The translations under genes were made by a program, and so were the position numbers. DNA of 61,333 bases, taken from positions 1 through 61,333 of the forward strand of contig CAMDDQ010000004.1 in assembly GCA_945892765.1 (NCBI GenBank), read 5' to 3'. This DNA comes from Asaia bogorensis (GTDB lineage Bacteria > Pseudomonadota > Alphaproteobacteria > CACIAM-22H2). The notes below the pieces were generated by a model. It was given only the letters and a program-made list of their open reading frames with translations. It was not told the DNA's origin and ran no database searches. This document shows, piece after piece, positions 1-9,955 of this stretch (positions within the stretch are counted from its first letter, which is position 1; each line of letters starts with the position of its first letter).

Positions 1-732
1 CGCCCGCAATGGTCGAGCTTCGCCCATCTTGAAGCGGTGATGCCGGGCGCCCGCCAGGATTCGATAAGGGCCTGGCTCGGCCGCTTCGGCCTGTCACAAG
101 AAAAGGCGGAAATACCCGCCGCGTCCCTGTCAGGCGGAGAAAAATCGCGCCTAGCATTCGCCCTCCTGGCCCGCGCTTCTCCCAATCTTCTCATCCTGGA
201 CGAGCCGACCAACCACCTCGACATCGATTCGCGAGAGGCTCTGGCTCAGGCTCTGAACGACTTTTCCGGTGCCGTGCTCCTGATCACGCATGACTGGCAT
301 TTGATCGAGGCGACCTGCGACCGGCTCTGGCTGGTTGCCGATGGCGCTGTCAGCCCCTTTGACGGAGATCTCGACGATTACCGGCGCCTGCTTCTCGATA
401 AGGCCCGGCGCCCGGCCGACAATCCCTCACAGCGCGGCACGCCGAGCGGAAGGAAGGAGAACCGTCGCGAAGCCGCCGAGAATCGGGCGCGCGTTTCCCC
501 CTTGCGCAAAGCCACGCGGGATGCCGAGGCGGTGATCGCCAGCCTGGCCCAGGAACGCAAAGCCATCGAGGCCGCGCTCGCCGATCCAAGGATTTACAAT
601 GGCGGCCAGGCGGAAACGACGGCCAGGCTCAAGCGGCGCGCCGCGCTGGACCGCGAAATCGCCGCCGCGGAGCGCCTATGGCTGGAAGCCGCCGAGGCGC
701 TGGAAGCCGCCCAGGCTTCCACGGAGGGCTAA
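1..732 (+). CDS. ABC-F family ATP-binding protein, 3' part (truncated by window edge)
   Basis: Frame open from base 1; LSGGEKSRL signature, LLILDEPTNHLD Walker B, ITHD H-loop, C-terminal coiled coil. Confidence 0.9.
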   Translation, partial: RPQWSSFAHLEAVMPGARQDSIRAWLGRFGLSQEKAEIPAASLSGGEKSRLAFALLARASPNLLILDEPTNHLDIDSREALAQALNDFSGAVLLITHDWHLIEATCDRLWLVADGAVSPFDGDLDDYRRLLLDKARRPADNPSQRGTPSGRKENRREAAENRARVSPLRKATRDAEAVIASLAQERKAIEAALADPRIYNGGQAETTARLKRRAALDREIAAAERLWLEAAEALEAAQASTEG

Positions 733-1497
733 ATGAGCAACGGCTTCAAGGATCACTTTTCGGGCCACGCCGAGCAATACGCCGAGGCCCGCCCCATTTA
801 CCCGCGCAGCCTTGCCCAGGTACTGGCCGAACGTGTGGAGCACCACGGCCTGGCGCTCGATTGTGGCTGCGGCTCTGGGCAGCTTTCCCTGTTGCTCGCG
901 GAGCATTTCGAGCGGGTGGTCGCGACCGATGCCAGCGCCGAACAAATCGCAAATGCCTTCCCGCACTCCCGCGTCACGTATCGCGTCGCGGCGGCGGAGC
1001 ACAGCAATCTGCCCGACCGCAGCGCCGATTTGGTGGTTGCGGCGCAGGCGGCGCATTGGTTTGATCTGCCGGCTTTTTGGCACGAAGTCACCCGCGTGGC
1101 CCAGCCGCGCGGCCTTGTCGCCCTGGTCGGCTATGGCCTTCTGAAGATCGCCGATGATCTGGATCCCGCGATCGACGCGTTGCATCATTCGACACTTGAG
1201 GCGTATTGGCCGCCGGAACGGCAGCTTGTCGAATCGGGCTATCGGTTCATCGATTTTCCCTTTGAGGAGCTGCCGGCACCGGCGCTGGAGATGACCGCGC
1301 AGTGGTCGCTGCCTCAGCTTATCCGCTATTTGTCGACCTGGTCGGCGATCAAGGCGATGGAAAAGGCCACCGGCGGCTCACCGCTTCCGGCCCTCGCCGA
1401 GCGACTTGCGGCACCCTGGGGTCCGCCCGATAAGAAACGATTGGTGCGCTGGCCACTGGCGCTGCGGCTGGGTCGCGCAGGGTCGGGCCGAATTTGA
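733..1497 (+). CDS. Class I SAM-dependent methyltransferase
   Basis: ALDCGCGSGQ motif I, AAQAAHWFD; starts immediately after the upstream stop. Confidence 0.88.
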   Translation: MSNGFKDHFSGHAEQYAEARPIYPRSLAQVLAERVEHHGLALDCGCGSGQLSLLLAEHFERVVATDASAEQIANAFPHSRVTYRVAAAEHSNLPDRSADLVVAAQAAHWFDLPAFWHEVTRVAQPRGLVALVGYGLLKIADDLDPAIDALHHSTLEAYWPPERQLVESGYRFIDFPFEELPAPALEMTAQWSLPQLIRYLSTWSAIKAMEKATGGSPLPALAERLAAPWGPPDKKRLVRWPLALRLGRAGSGRI

Positions 1498-1534
1498 TCG
1501 CCGGCGCAGATTTGGACCTGGCAACAGACCGAGT

Positions 1535-2624
1535 CTAAGGCAGCGCTTTGACGCCGAATGCGTGGGTGGCGTCGCCGCCGATTCCGCTGTGGCTAAGCGG
1601 ACGAAAACGCGAGATCCACGCAACCAACCTCGGGTCCTTGAATCGGGCGTAGTAGGGCTCCGCCCACACGATCATATGGCCGCCGAATGTTCCGCCGGTC
1701 CAATCCTGCTTGGCCCCGGTCAAACGCTCGAAATGCCTTGGGTCGTCGAGGCTTTCGATGACGCGCGCCGCCAAGCGATGCAGCGCGCCGCCCGCTTCGC
1801 CATACAAATCGAGCCCGTTGGCGGCGCCCATCTCCGCCAGCATGATCAACGGTTCCAGCGAGAAGACGTGGTAGTAGCGAGCCTTGCTCTTCCGCGCAAC
1901 TTCCAACGGCAAAGTACCGTCGGCCTGTATCTGGGTCAGGGCAAAGCGGTACTTCGCGACAGCCCAATCGAACAAACTGCCATCATTGCCGACGATGGCG
2001 GCCGCGCCGACAGCGAGGGCCGCCCAATAGACGTGGTTGTTTTCGGAATCCTTGCCCTTCTTCGTGTCGTAATCGGCGACCACCCTGCCGGCAAGGCGCC
2101 CAATCCAGGCTTCGACGGCCTGTTTTCGGTCCGACGCCAGACCCGGTGCGTCGCGAATTTTGAGATAGGCGAGCGCGATCGTGGCCAGCGACCATTTACG
2201 CTCGTAGCCGCCCTGATTCGTGGCATCGCCGAGCAAGCCCCTCGCCTGCCGCCCAACCATGCAGCCAATCGAGCGCACAGGACGCCACCGCTCCGTCCGC
2301 CGGTTTGGCGCGGACGTAGGCGTCGCTCATGGCGGCGAGGCCGGCCGTGAGTGTGTTGAAGGGTTTGGAAGCCGCCTGATAACGAGCGTAGGCCGCCGGA
2401 TCGACAATCGAGGAATTGCTGTCGCTGTAGAAACCCTCGAGCCTGATGTCGCGAACCGGCGACGGCGCCGCCTTGCAGGCAGAGGGCTTGGCGGGCTTTC
2501 CCATTTCCGCGCGCCGCGCCTCCACATCGAAGAGCGGCTTCAGCTCGGCAGCTTCGGTCGGGGCGGTAAATCCGCTGACGAGGCAGACGACCGCCAGTGA
2601 ACGCAGCATGCGTTTCCGGCTCAT
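1535..2624 (-). pseudogene. Alginate lyase (PL5/AlgL-like), split by a +1 frameshift near 2238-2241
   Basis: ORF 2196-2624 gives a signal peptide and ...CALDWLHGWA; ORF 1535-2278 continues LLGDATNQ...NNHVYWAALAV...DGTLPLE...YHVFSLEPL; removing one G from a G4 run fuses them. Confidence 0.8.
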
Positions 2625-2637
2625 ACAAGAACTCGCG

Positions 2638-3417
2638 CTACCGCCTGGCCACCAGCAGCTTCTTGACCTCGGCGATGGCCTTCGCCGGGTTCAGGCCTTT
2701 GGGGCATGTCTTTGTGCAATTCATGATGGTGTGGCAGCGATAGAGCCGAAACGGGTCTTCCAACTCGTCGAGCCGCTCGCCCGTGGTTTCGTCACGGGTT
2801 TCGGCGATCCAGCGATAGGCCTGGAGCAAGATCGCCGGGCCAAGGTAACGGTCGCCGTTCCACCAGTAACTGGGGCACGAGGTGGAGCAGCAAAAACACA
2901 GGATACATTCCCACAACCCGTCGAGTTTGGCGCGCTCCTCCGGCGATTGCCGGCGTTCGCGGTCGGGGGGCGGCGGCGAATCGGCGCGGAGCCAGGGTTT
3001 GATCGAGGTGTATTGGGCATACGGCACCGACAAATCGGGCACCAAATCCTTGACCACTGGCATGTGCGGCAAGGGGTAGATGCGCACCTCTCCCTTTACC
3101 TCGTCGATCGGCTTGAGGCAGGCCAGTGTATTGGTGCCGTCGATGTTCATGGCACAACTGCCGCAGATGCCCTCACGGCAGGAGCGGCGAAAGGCGAGCG
3201 TGGAATCGATCTCGTTTTTGATCTTGATGATGGCGTCCAGCACCATCGGCCCACAGGCGGCGAGATCGATTTCATAACGATCGAGCCGCGGGTTTTCTCC
3301 GCTATCGGGCTCCCACCGATAGACCGAAAACGTCTTGGGACGTTTGGCCTTGGCGGCGGCCGGCCAGGATTTACCCGGCCAGACCTTGGAATTCGCGGGA
3401 AGGGTGAATTGGGCCAT
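2638..3417 (-). CDS. sdhB: Succinate dehydrogenase iron-sulfur subunit
   Basis: [51 protein letters not shown]. Confidence 0.98.
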   Translation of the reverse strand: MAQFTLPANSKVWPGKSWPAAAKAKRPKTFSVYRWEPDSGENPRLDRYEIDLAACGPMVLDAIIKIKNEIDSTLAFRRSCREGICGSCAMNIDGTNTLACLKPIDEVKGEVRIYPLPHMPVVKDLVPDLSVPYAQYTSIKPWLRADSPPPPDRERRQSPEERAKLDGLWECILCFCCSTSCPSYWWNGDRYLGPAILLQAYRWIAETRDETTGERLDELEDPFRLYRCHTIMNCTKTCPKGLNPAKAIAEVKKLLVARR

Positions 3418-3427
3418 GGCGGGACGC

Positions 3428-5212
3428 CTAATAAACGCGCGCCTTGGGGGGGAAGGACTGCACGTCGTTGGTCAGAGGTTTCATGTGCACGGGGCGATAG
3501 TCGATCAGCACGGAGCCGTGTTCACCGAGCCAGGCGACGCTGTGTTTCAGCCATTGAGCGTCATCGCGCTCGGGAAAATCTTCACGCGCATGGGCGCCGC
3601 GGCTCTCCGTCCGATTAAGCGCCGAGTGCAGTGTCACCAACGCTTGAGCAATCAGATTCTCGAACTCTAGCGTCTCGACCAAGTCCGAATTCCAGACCAT
3701 CGAGCGGTCGGAAATATTGATGTCGGCGCGCTTTTCCCAAGTTTCGCGGAGCTTCTCGACGCCGCTTTCGAGCACCTCGCGCGTACGGAAGACCCCGCAA
3801 TCCATCTGCATGATGCGCTGCATTTCGAGGCGCAGCACGGCGGTTGGCGTTCCGCCCTTGGCGTTGCGCAGCCGGTCGAAGCGGGCCAGGATGGCTTCAT
3901 CCGCCGATTTCGGCAACTGCGGCAGCGCCGCGTTGGGATGGATCAGCTTAGCGCAGCGTTTGGCCGCCGCGCGCCCGAACACCACGAGATCCAGCAGGGA
4001 ATTCGAGCCCAGCCGATTGGCGCCGTGGACCGATACGCAGGCCCCTTCGCCGATCGCCATCAAGCCGCGAACGACCCGGTCGGGATCACCTTCGCGCGGG
4101 GCCACGACCTCGCCCCGGTAACGCGTCGGCACGCCACCCATGTTGTAATGCACGGTCGGCAGCACCGGGATGGGGTCGCGCGTGACGTCGATGCCGGCGA
4201 AGATCCGCGCGGTCTCGCTGATGCCGGGCAACCTCTCTTCCAGCACATGCGGATCGAGATGCTCCAGATGCAGGTGGATATGGTCCTTGTGCTGGCCCAC
4301 GCCGCGGCCGTCGCGGATCTCGATGGTCATCGCCCGGCTGACCACGTCGCGGCTCGCTAAATCCTTGGCCGAAGGCGCATAGCGCTCCATGAAGCGTTCG
4401 CCTTCGGAGTTGGTCAGATAGCCGCCTTCGCCGCGCGCGCCTTCGGTGATCAGGCAGCCCGATCCATAGACGCCGGAGGGATGGAATTGCACGAATTCCA
4501 TGTCCTGTAGCGGCAGCCCGGCGCGCAGCGCCATGGCGTTGCCGTCGCCGGTGCAGGTATGGGCGGAGGTACAGGAAAAATAGGCGCGACCGTAACCGCC
4601 GGTGGCCAGCACGGTCATATGCGCGCGGAACCGATGCAGGGTTCCGTCTTCCAGATTCCAGGCCATGACGCCATGGCATTGGCCGCGGTCCATCAAGAGG
4701 TCGAGCGCGAAATACTCGATGAAGAACTCGGCATGGTGTTTCAGCGATTGCTGATAGAGCGTGTGCAGGATGGCGTGCCCGGTGCGGTCGGCGGCGGCGC
4801 AAGTCCGATGCGCGGTACCCTCGCCAAAATGCGTGGTCATGCCACCAAAGGGCCGCTGATAGATCCGCCCATCTTCGGTGCGGGAAAACGGCACGCCGAA
4901 ATGTTCGAGTTCGACGATCGCGGGGATCGCCTCGCGGCACATATATTCGATGGCGTCCTGGTCGCCGAGCCAGTCCGAGCCCTTGATGGTGTCGTACATG
5001 TGCCAGCGCCAATCGTCCTCGCCCATATTGGCGAGGGCGGCGCTGATCCCGCCCTGTGCCGCCACCGTATGGCTGCGTGTCGGAAAGACTTTGGAGACAC
5101 AGGCGGTCCGCAATCCCGCGTCCGCGAGGCCCATCGTCGCGCGCAGCCCGGCCCCGCCGGCGCCGATGACGATGACGTCGCATTCATGATCGGCGATCGG
5201 GTAAGCGGTCAT
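3428..5212 (-). CDS. sdhA: Succinate dehydrogenase flavoprotein subunit
   Basis: [16 protein letters not shown] covalent-FAD motif, [11 protein letters not shown]. Confidence 0.98.
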   Translation of the reverse strand: MTAYPIADHECDVIVIGAGGAGLRATMGLADAGLRTACVSKVFPTRSHTVAAQGGISAALANMGEDDWRWHMYDTIKGSDWLGDQDAIEYMCREAIPAIVELEHFGVPFSRTEDGRIYQRPFGGMTTHFGEGTAHRTCAAADRTGHAILHTLYQQSLKHHAEFFIEYFALDLLMDRGQCHGVMAWNLEDGTLHRFRAHMTVLATGGYGRAYFSCTSAHTCTGDGNAMALRAGLPLQDMEFVQFHPSGVYGSGCLITEGARGEGGYLTNSEGERFMERYAPSAKDLASRDVVSRAMTIEIRDGRGVGQHKDHIHLHLEHLDPHVLEERLPGISETARIFAGIDVTRDPIPVLPTVHYNMGGVPTRYRGEVVAPREGDPDRVVRGLMAIGEGACVSVHGANRLGSNSLLDLVVFGRAAAKRCAKLIHPNAALPQLPKSADEAILARFDRLRNAKGGTPTAVLRLEMQRIMQMDCGVFRTREVLESGVEKLRETWEKRADINISDRSMVWNSDLVETLEFENLIAQALVTLHSALNRTESRGAHAREDFPERDDAQWLKHSVAWLGEHGSVLIDYRPVHMKPLTNDVQSFPPKARVY

Positions 5213-5218
5213 AGGGCC

Positions 5219-5617
5219 TCAGGCGCCAAGGGAAATCGACAGCACGGCGAGTCCGGCGATGGTGCCGAGAAGAATGGCCAGCCCCTTGACCGCGAGAAGC
5301 GCGGCCAGTTTCAGCCCTTCGCCGTGGACGTAGTCCTCGATAACCACCTGGAGGCCGAGTTGGGCATGGTGGAAAATCGCCGCGATCGACAGCAGCATAA
5401 GAACCGTGCCCACGGGCGAGGCAATCCAGGCGACGACCGCCTCATGTTTGGCGCCGGCCAAGGCGACGAAATTTCCGGCGAGCCAGACCGACAGCGGAAC
5501 CAGAGCGATCGCCGTCACCCGCTGCGCCCACCAATGGACGACACCTTCCTTGGCCGAACCCAGGCCGCGCACCCGGGCCAGGGACGAACGCATGCCGCGC
5601 TGTTCGCCCGGCTTCAT
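5219..5617 (-). CDS. sdhD: Succinate dehydrogenase membrane anchor subunit
   Basis: RVRGLGSAKEG, HWWAQRVTA, GLQVVIEDYVH; ATGA overlap with sdhC stop. Confidence 0.93.
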   Translation of the reverse strand: MKPGEQRGMRSSLARVRGLGSAKEGVVHWWAQRVTAIALVPLSVWLAGNFVALAGAKHEAVVAWIASPVGTVLMLLSIAAIFHHAQLGLQVVIEDYVHGEGLKLAALLAVKGLAILLGTIAGLAVLSISLGA

Positions 5618-6027
5618 GCGCCACCGGCGCGAACGGCATGGCCCAAAATCCAGGCCAGCGTCGTCAAGACGATGGAAGCGCCGACCACGGTCCAGCCGCT
5701 GGCATAGACCGTCGCCATTCGGAATCCCCATCCGGCGTCCCAAACCAGGTGCCGAACACCGTTGCACAGGTGAAAAAACAACGAAAACGTCCACCCCAAG
5801 AGCAGAGCTTGTCCGAACCAGGAACCGATGAAATTCTGGGTCGTGGCGAAAGCCTGCGGCCCCGAAGCCGCCGCGGCGAGCCACCACACCAACAATACCG
5901 CACCGGCGCAGAGCGCCACGCCCGTCGCCCGGTGAAGAATGGACAGCACGGCGGTAAGCTGCCAGCTGTAGATCTGAAGGTGCGGCGATAACGGCCGCGG
6001 ACGATCAGGTCGGGACGGGGATTTCAT
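5614..6027 (-). CDS. sdhC: Succinate dehydrogenase cytochrome b556 subunit
   Basis: RPLSPHLQIY, SILHRATG, HLCNGVRHLVWD. Confidence 0.95.
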   Translation of the reverse strand: MKSPSRPDRPRPLSPHLQIYSWQLTAVLSILHRATGVALCAGAVLLVWWLAAAASGPQAFATTQNFIGSWFGQALLLGWTFSLFFHLCNGVRHLVWDAGWGFRMATVYASGWTVVGASIVLTTLAWILGHAVRAGGA

Positions 6028-6114
6028 TCGTTCCCTTTTTCCCCCAACGCTCACCTTGCCCAGCGAGCGCGGAATCCGGAATTCGGCGCCGGCTGAACCC
6101 AGCGCTTGTTCAAG

Positions 6115-6143
6115 GAATTAGCCCGTGGACTTCGGCAAGTCAA
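6115..6143 (-). promoter_or_regulatory. Putative sigma70 promoter of sdh operon
   Basis: Minus strand TTGACT-N17-TAATTC, about 90 nt upstream of sdhC. Confidence 0.55.
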
Positions 6144-6195
6144 ATGGCGGAGGGTGGCGCGAGCGGCGGGAATTCGCCGGGCGGCCGTTTTCCGG

Positions 6196-6855
6196 TTATT
6201 TCGGTTGCGGAACGATTCGCAGATAGGGCTTGGGCGCCTTCCAGCCACCTGGGAATTTCTTCTTGGCATCGTCGTCCGAAACCGAGGGAACAATGATGAC
6301 ATCCCCACCTTGTTTCCAGTTCACCGGGGTCGCCACTTGATGTTTGGCGGTGAGTTGGCAGGAATCGAGCAGGCGCAGGATTTCATCAAAATTGCGCCCG
6401 CTGCTCATGGGATAGGTCATCATCGCCTTGATCTTCTTGTCCGGCCCGATCAGGAAGACTGAGCGAACGGTTGCGTTGTTCGCCGCGGTCCGCCCCTGCG
6501 ACGTGGCGCCGGCTTCGGCGGGCAACATGTCGTAGAGCTTTGCGATCTTGAGTTCGGGGTCGCCGATCAACGGATAATTGACGGCGTACCCCTGCGTTTC
6601 CTTGATGTCGCCCAGCCACCGTTGGTGATCGCTGACCGGGTCGACGCTGAGCCCGATGATTTTGGTGTCACGCTTGTCGAACTCAGGTTTCAGCTTCGCC
6701 ACATAACCCAGCTCGGTCGTGCAAACCGGCGTGAAATCCTTTGGGTGCGAAAACAAAATGGCCCAGCCGGCGCCGATCCAGTCATGGAAAACGACCTTTC
6801 CTTCGGTCGTGTCGGTCGTGAAGTTCGGGGCTTCGTCATTGATGCGCAGCGACAT
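6196..6855 (-). CDS. 1-Cys peroxiredoxin (Prx6 family)
   Basis: FSHPKDFTPVCTTE, GRNFDEILR; start placed at MSLRIND. Confidence 0.94.
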   Translation of the reverse strand: MSLRINDEAPNFTTDTTEGKVVFHDWIGAGWAILFSHPKDFTPVCTTELGYVAKLKPEFDKRDTKIIGLSVDPVSDHQRWLGDIKETQGYAVNYPLIGDPELKIAKLYDMLPAEAGATSQGRTAANNATVRSVFLIGPDKKIKAMMTYPMSSGRNFDEILRLLDSCQLTAKHQVATPVNWKQGGDVIIVPSVSDDDAKKKFPGGWKAPKPYLRIVPQPK

Positions 6856-7126
6856 GGCTCGGATCCTTCTGTCCAGGGAATTGCAATCGGCCGGGGGGGC
6901 CACCACCGTCGAAGTCTGATCATACCACCCGCCCACCAAGAGGAAATGGGCGGCAACGCCGGTGGCGGCGAGGACATGCGCCCACGCGTTGGACTGGCGT
7001 CTCCACTCCAGTCGGTCTAGACTTTTGCAGGATCGACAAAAGTGCGAGTCCAGGCAGGTTGCGCCGGGCCGCGCGGCTGCCCGCCCTAGCCTCACGACCC
7101 GCAGCGAAGAAGTCTGGACGCGTTAA

Positions 7127-8536
7127 ATGACCGCCAAGCCAAAACCCGCCAAGATGCCGGCGAACCCCCTTTGGGGTGGGCGGTTTGCAACCGGCCCGGC
7201 CGACATCATGGCCCGGATCAACGTCTCCATCGACGTTGATAAGCGGCTTTATGCTCAGGACATAGCGGCATCGCGCGCCCACGCGGCGATGCTCGCCCGT
7301 CAGAGTATCCTAAAGCCAGCCGATGCCGAGGCCATCCTTATGGGCCTTGACCGCGTCCTCGCCGAGATCGAAAGCGGCAATTTCGTATTCAAGGCCGAGC
7401 TGGAAGATATCCACATGAATGTGGAGGGGCGGCTGGCTGAATTGATCGGCGAGCCGGCAGGGCGGCTCCACACGGCGCGCTCGCGCAACGACCAGGTCGC
7501 GACCGATTTCCGGCTTTGGATTCGCGACGCCATCGACGCGCTCGATCCCGCGCTGAAGGATTTGCAATTGGCCCTACTCGACCGCGCCGAGGAACATGCC
7601 GCGACGATCATGCCGGGCCTAACCCACCTTCAGCCAGCGCAACCCGTCACTTTCGGCCATCATCTTCTCGCCTATGTCGAGATGGTCGGGCGCGACCGCG
7701 GCCGGTTCGCCGATTGCCGAACCCGGCTTAACGAATGTCCGCTCGGCGCGGCGGCTTTGGCCGGCACCTCATTCCCGATCGATCGCAATGCGACGGCAAC
7801 CGCACTCGGATTCGATGGACCCACGGCCAATTCGCTCGACGCCGTGTCGGCGCGCGATTTCGCCATCGAATTCCTGGCCGCGGCCGCGATCGCCGGCACA
7901 CATTTGTCGAGGCTCGCGGAAGAACTCATCTTGTGGGTTTCCGATCGCTGGCGGTTCATCACTCTTTCGGATGCCTTCACCACCGGCAGTTCGATCATGC
8001 CGCAGAAACGCAATCCCGATGCGGCGGAGTTGGTTCGCGGGAAATCCGGACGGTTGATCGGCGCGCTTCACCAATTATTGATCGTCATCAAGGGCCTTCC
8101 ACTGGCATACGCAAAGGACATGCAGGAAGACAAACCGCCAGTTTTCGATGCCGCCGACAGCCTCGGCCTTTGTGTCGCCGCCACGACCGGGATGATTCGC
8201 GATCTGCGCGTCAACGCCGCGGCCATGCTCGAGGCCGCTGCCGGCGGGTTTGCGACCGCAACCGATCTCGCCGATTGGCTGGTCCGCGCTCTGGGCCTGC
8301 CCTTTCGGCAGGCTCATCATGTGACGGGCCGTCTGGTGCAGATCGCCGAGAAACGGGGCGTCGATCTTGCGGGGCTCAGTCTCGATGACATGCGTTCGAT
8401 CGAGCCGCGCATCGATGAGACGGTTTTTTCGGTGCTGACGGCGGAGCGCTCGGCGGCCAGCCGGACGAGTTTCGGGGGCACCGCACCACAACGGGTGCGC
8501 GAGGCCGTGCAAGCGGCACGTCGGAGGTTCCTTTGA
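7127..8536 (+). CDS. argH: Argininosuccinate lyase
   Basis: [27 protein letters not shown]. Confidence 0.98.
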   Translation: MTAKPKPAKMPANPLWGGRFATGPADIMARINVSIDVDKRLYAQDIAASRAHAAMLARQSILKPADAEAILMGLDRVLAEIESGNFVFKAELEDIHMNVEGRLAELIGEPAGRLHTARSRNDQVATDFRLWIRDAIDALDPALKDLQLALLDRAEEHAATIMPGLTHLQPAQPVTFGHHLLAYVEMVGRDRGRFADCRTRLNECPLGAAALAGTSFPIDRNATATALGFDGPTANSLDAVSARDFAIEFLAAAAIAGTHLSRLAEELILWVSDRWRFITLSDAFTTGSSIMPQKRNPDAAELVRGKSGRLIGALHQLLIVIKGLPLAYAKDMQEDKPPVFDAADSLGLCVAATTGMIRDLRVNAAAMLEAAAGGFATATDLADWLVRALGLPFRQAHHVTGRLVQIAEKRGVDLAGLSLDDMRSIEPRIDETVFSVLTAERSAASRTSFGGTAPQRVREAVQAARRRFL

Positions 8537-8667
8537 GCCGAAGATGGCTGCTGGCGTGGCTGCCGGTGATGCTCCTCGCGCTGCTTTCCGGGTGCGGCCG
8601 CAAGGGGAGCGTCGAGCCGCCCGAAGGCGAGGAGAGCCGCTATCCCCGGCGTTACCCGCGTGAGTGA
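8533..8667 (+). CDS. Small 44-aa lipoprotein (LppL/LptM-like), absent from ORF track
   Basis: TTG start overlapping argH stop; [25 protein letters not shown]..., lipobox LSGC; overlaps lysA start. Confidence 0.75.
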   Translation: MSRRWLLAWLPVMLLALLSGCGRKGSVEPPEGEESRYPRRYPRE

Positions 8668-9955
8668 GATTGCCTACAAGAACGGCGAACTTTATGTGGA
8701 ATCCGTGCCGGTTTCGCGTATCGCGGCGGCCGTGGGGACGCCATTTTATTGTTATTCGAGCGCCGCGCTGGTTGGCGCCTACCGCGAATTCGCCGGCGCC
8801 CTGAGTGGACTCAACACCCTTGTCTGTTTCGCGCTGAAGGCCAATTCGAATCTGGCCGTGGTCCAGACATTGGCGGCCGAGGGCGCCGGCGCCGATGTCG
8901 TTTCGGAGGGTGAGCTGCGCCGGGCGCTGGCCGCGGGCATACTGCCCAACCGAATCGTTTTCTCCGGTGTCGGCAAGACCGAGGCAGAGCTGACACTGGC
9001 GCTTGATTCCGGCATTCTCCAGATCAACGTCGAGTCCGAAGCGGAATTGCGGGCCTTGTCTCGGTTGGCGGCGGGGCGGCGGCAAAAGGCGCCAATCGCG
9101 ATCCGCGTCAATCCGGACGTCGATGCCGGCACACATGCGAAGATCACGACCGGCCGCAAAGAAAACAAATTCGGCATCGATATTACCGTTGCGGCCTCGG
9201 TCTACGCTGAGGCGGCTCGCCTTCCCGGACTAGATGTCAGCGGTATCGCCGTGCACATTGGCTCGCAGATCATCGACCTTTCGCCCTACCGGGCCGCTTT
9301 TTCGCGGGTCAAGGCGCTCGCCCTGGACCTCATCGCCCAGGGCCACGATATCCGCCGCCTCGATCTGGGCGGCGGACTGGGGATCGCCTATGACCAGGAA
9401 GTGCCACCCGCCGCGAGTGCCTATGCCACGATCGTGCGCCAAACCTTGGGCGATCTTCGGTGCCAGCTCGTCTTCGAGCCAGGCCGCCGTTTGGTGGGTG
9501 CGGCCGGGTTGCTGGCAACGCGGGTCATCTACGTCAAGGAAAGCGGCGCCCGTCGTTTCCTCATTGTGGATGCGGCGATGAACGACTTGCTACGCCCCTC
9601 GCTCTACGATGCCCACCACCCGGTTTTGCCGGTGCGCGAGCCCAAGGCCGGCACCAGCCTCGCCGCCGCCGACGTGGTTGGTCCCGTATGCGAAAGTGCC
9701 GATGTTCTGGCCAAAGGGCGGTTGCTGCCACCTATGGTGGAGGGCGACCTTCTGGCCCTCGGCGCCGCAGGAGCCTATGGCGCTGCCATGTCATCGACGT
9801 ATAATAGCCGTCCCCTGGCGCCGGAGGTCTTGGTCCGGAACGATGTGTTCGCGGTGGTTCGGCGGCGGCCCGACTACGCCGAGATGTTTGCGTTGGAATC
9901 TTTGCCGCCTTGGTTGGGCGAGCCGCGAGCGCGGCAGTCACGGAGGGCGCCATGA
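8660..9955 (+). CDS. lysA: Diaminopimelate decarboxylase
   Basis: FALKANSN PLP lysine, HIGSQ, VGPVCES, GAYGAAMSSTYNSRP. Confidence 0.97.
   Translation: MSEIAYKNGELYVESVPVSRIAAAVGTPFYCYSSAALVGAYREFAGALSGLNTLVCFALKANSNLAVVQTLAAEGAGADVVSEGELRRALAAGILPNRIVFSGVGKTEAELTLALDSGILQINVESEAELRALSRLAAGRRQKAPIAIRVNPDVDAGTHAKITTGRKENKFGIDITVAASVYAEAARLPGLDVSGIAVHIGSQIIDLSPYRAAFSRVKALALDLIAQGHDIRRLDLGGGLGIAYDQEVPPAASAYATIVRQTLGDLRCQLVFEPGRRLVGAAGLLATRVIYVKESGARRFLIVDAAMNDLLRPSLYDAHHPVLPVREPKAGTSLAAADVVGPVCESADVLAKGRLLPPMVEGDLLALGAAGAYGAAMSSTYNSRPLAPEVLVRNDVFAVVRRRPDYAEMFALESLPPWLGEPRARQSRRAP

Noticed and set aside
5618-7095. N-terminal extensions in the ORF track (sdhD to 5887, peroxiredoxin to 7095; likewise pheT, thrS, lepA)
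   Set aside because: Longest-ORF artefacts; family N-termini and stop/start overlaps indicate later starts
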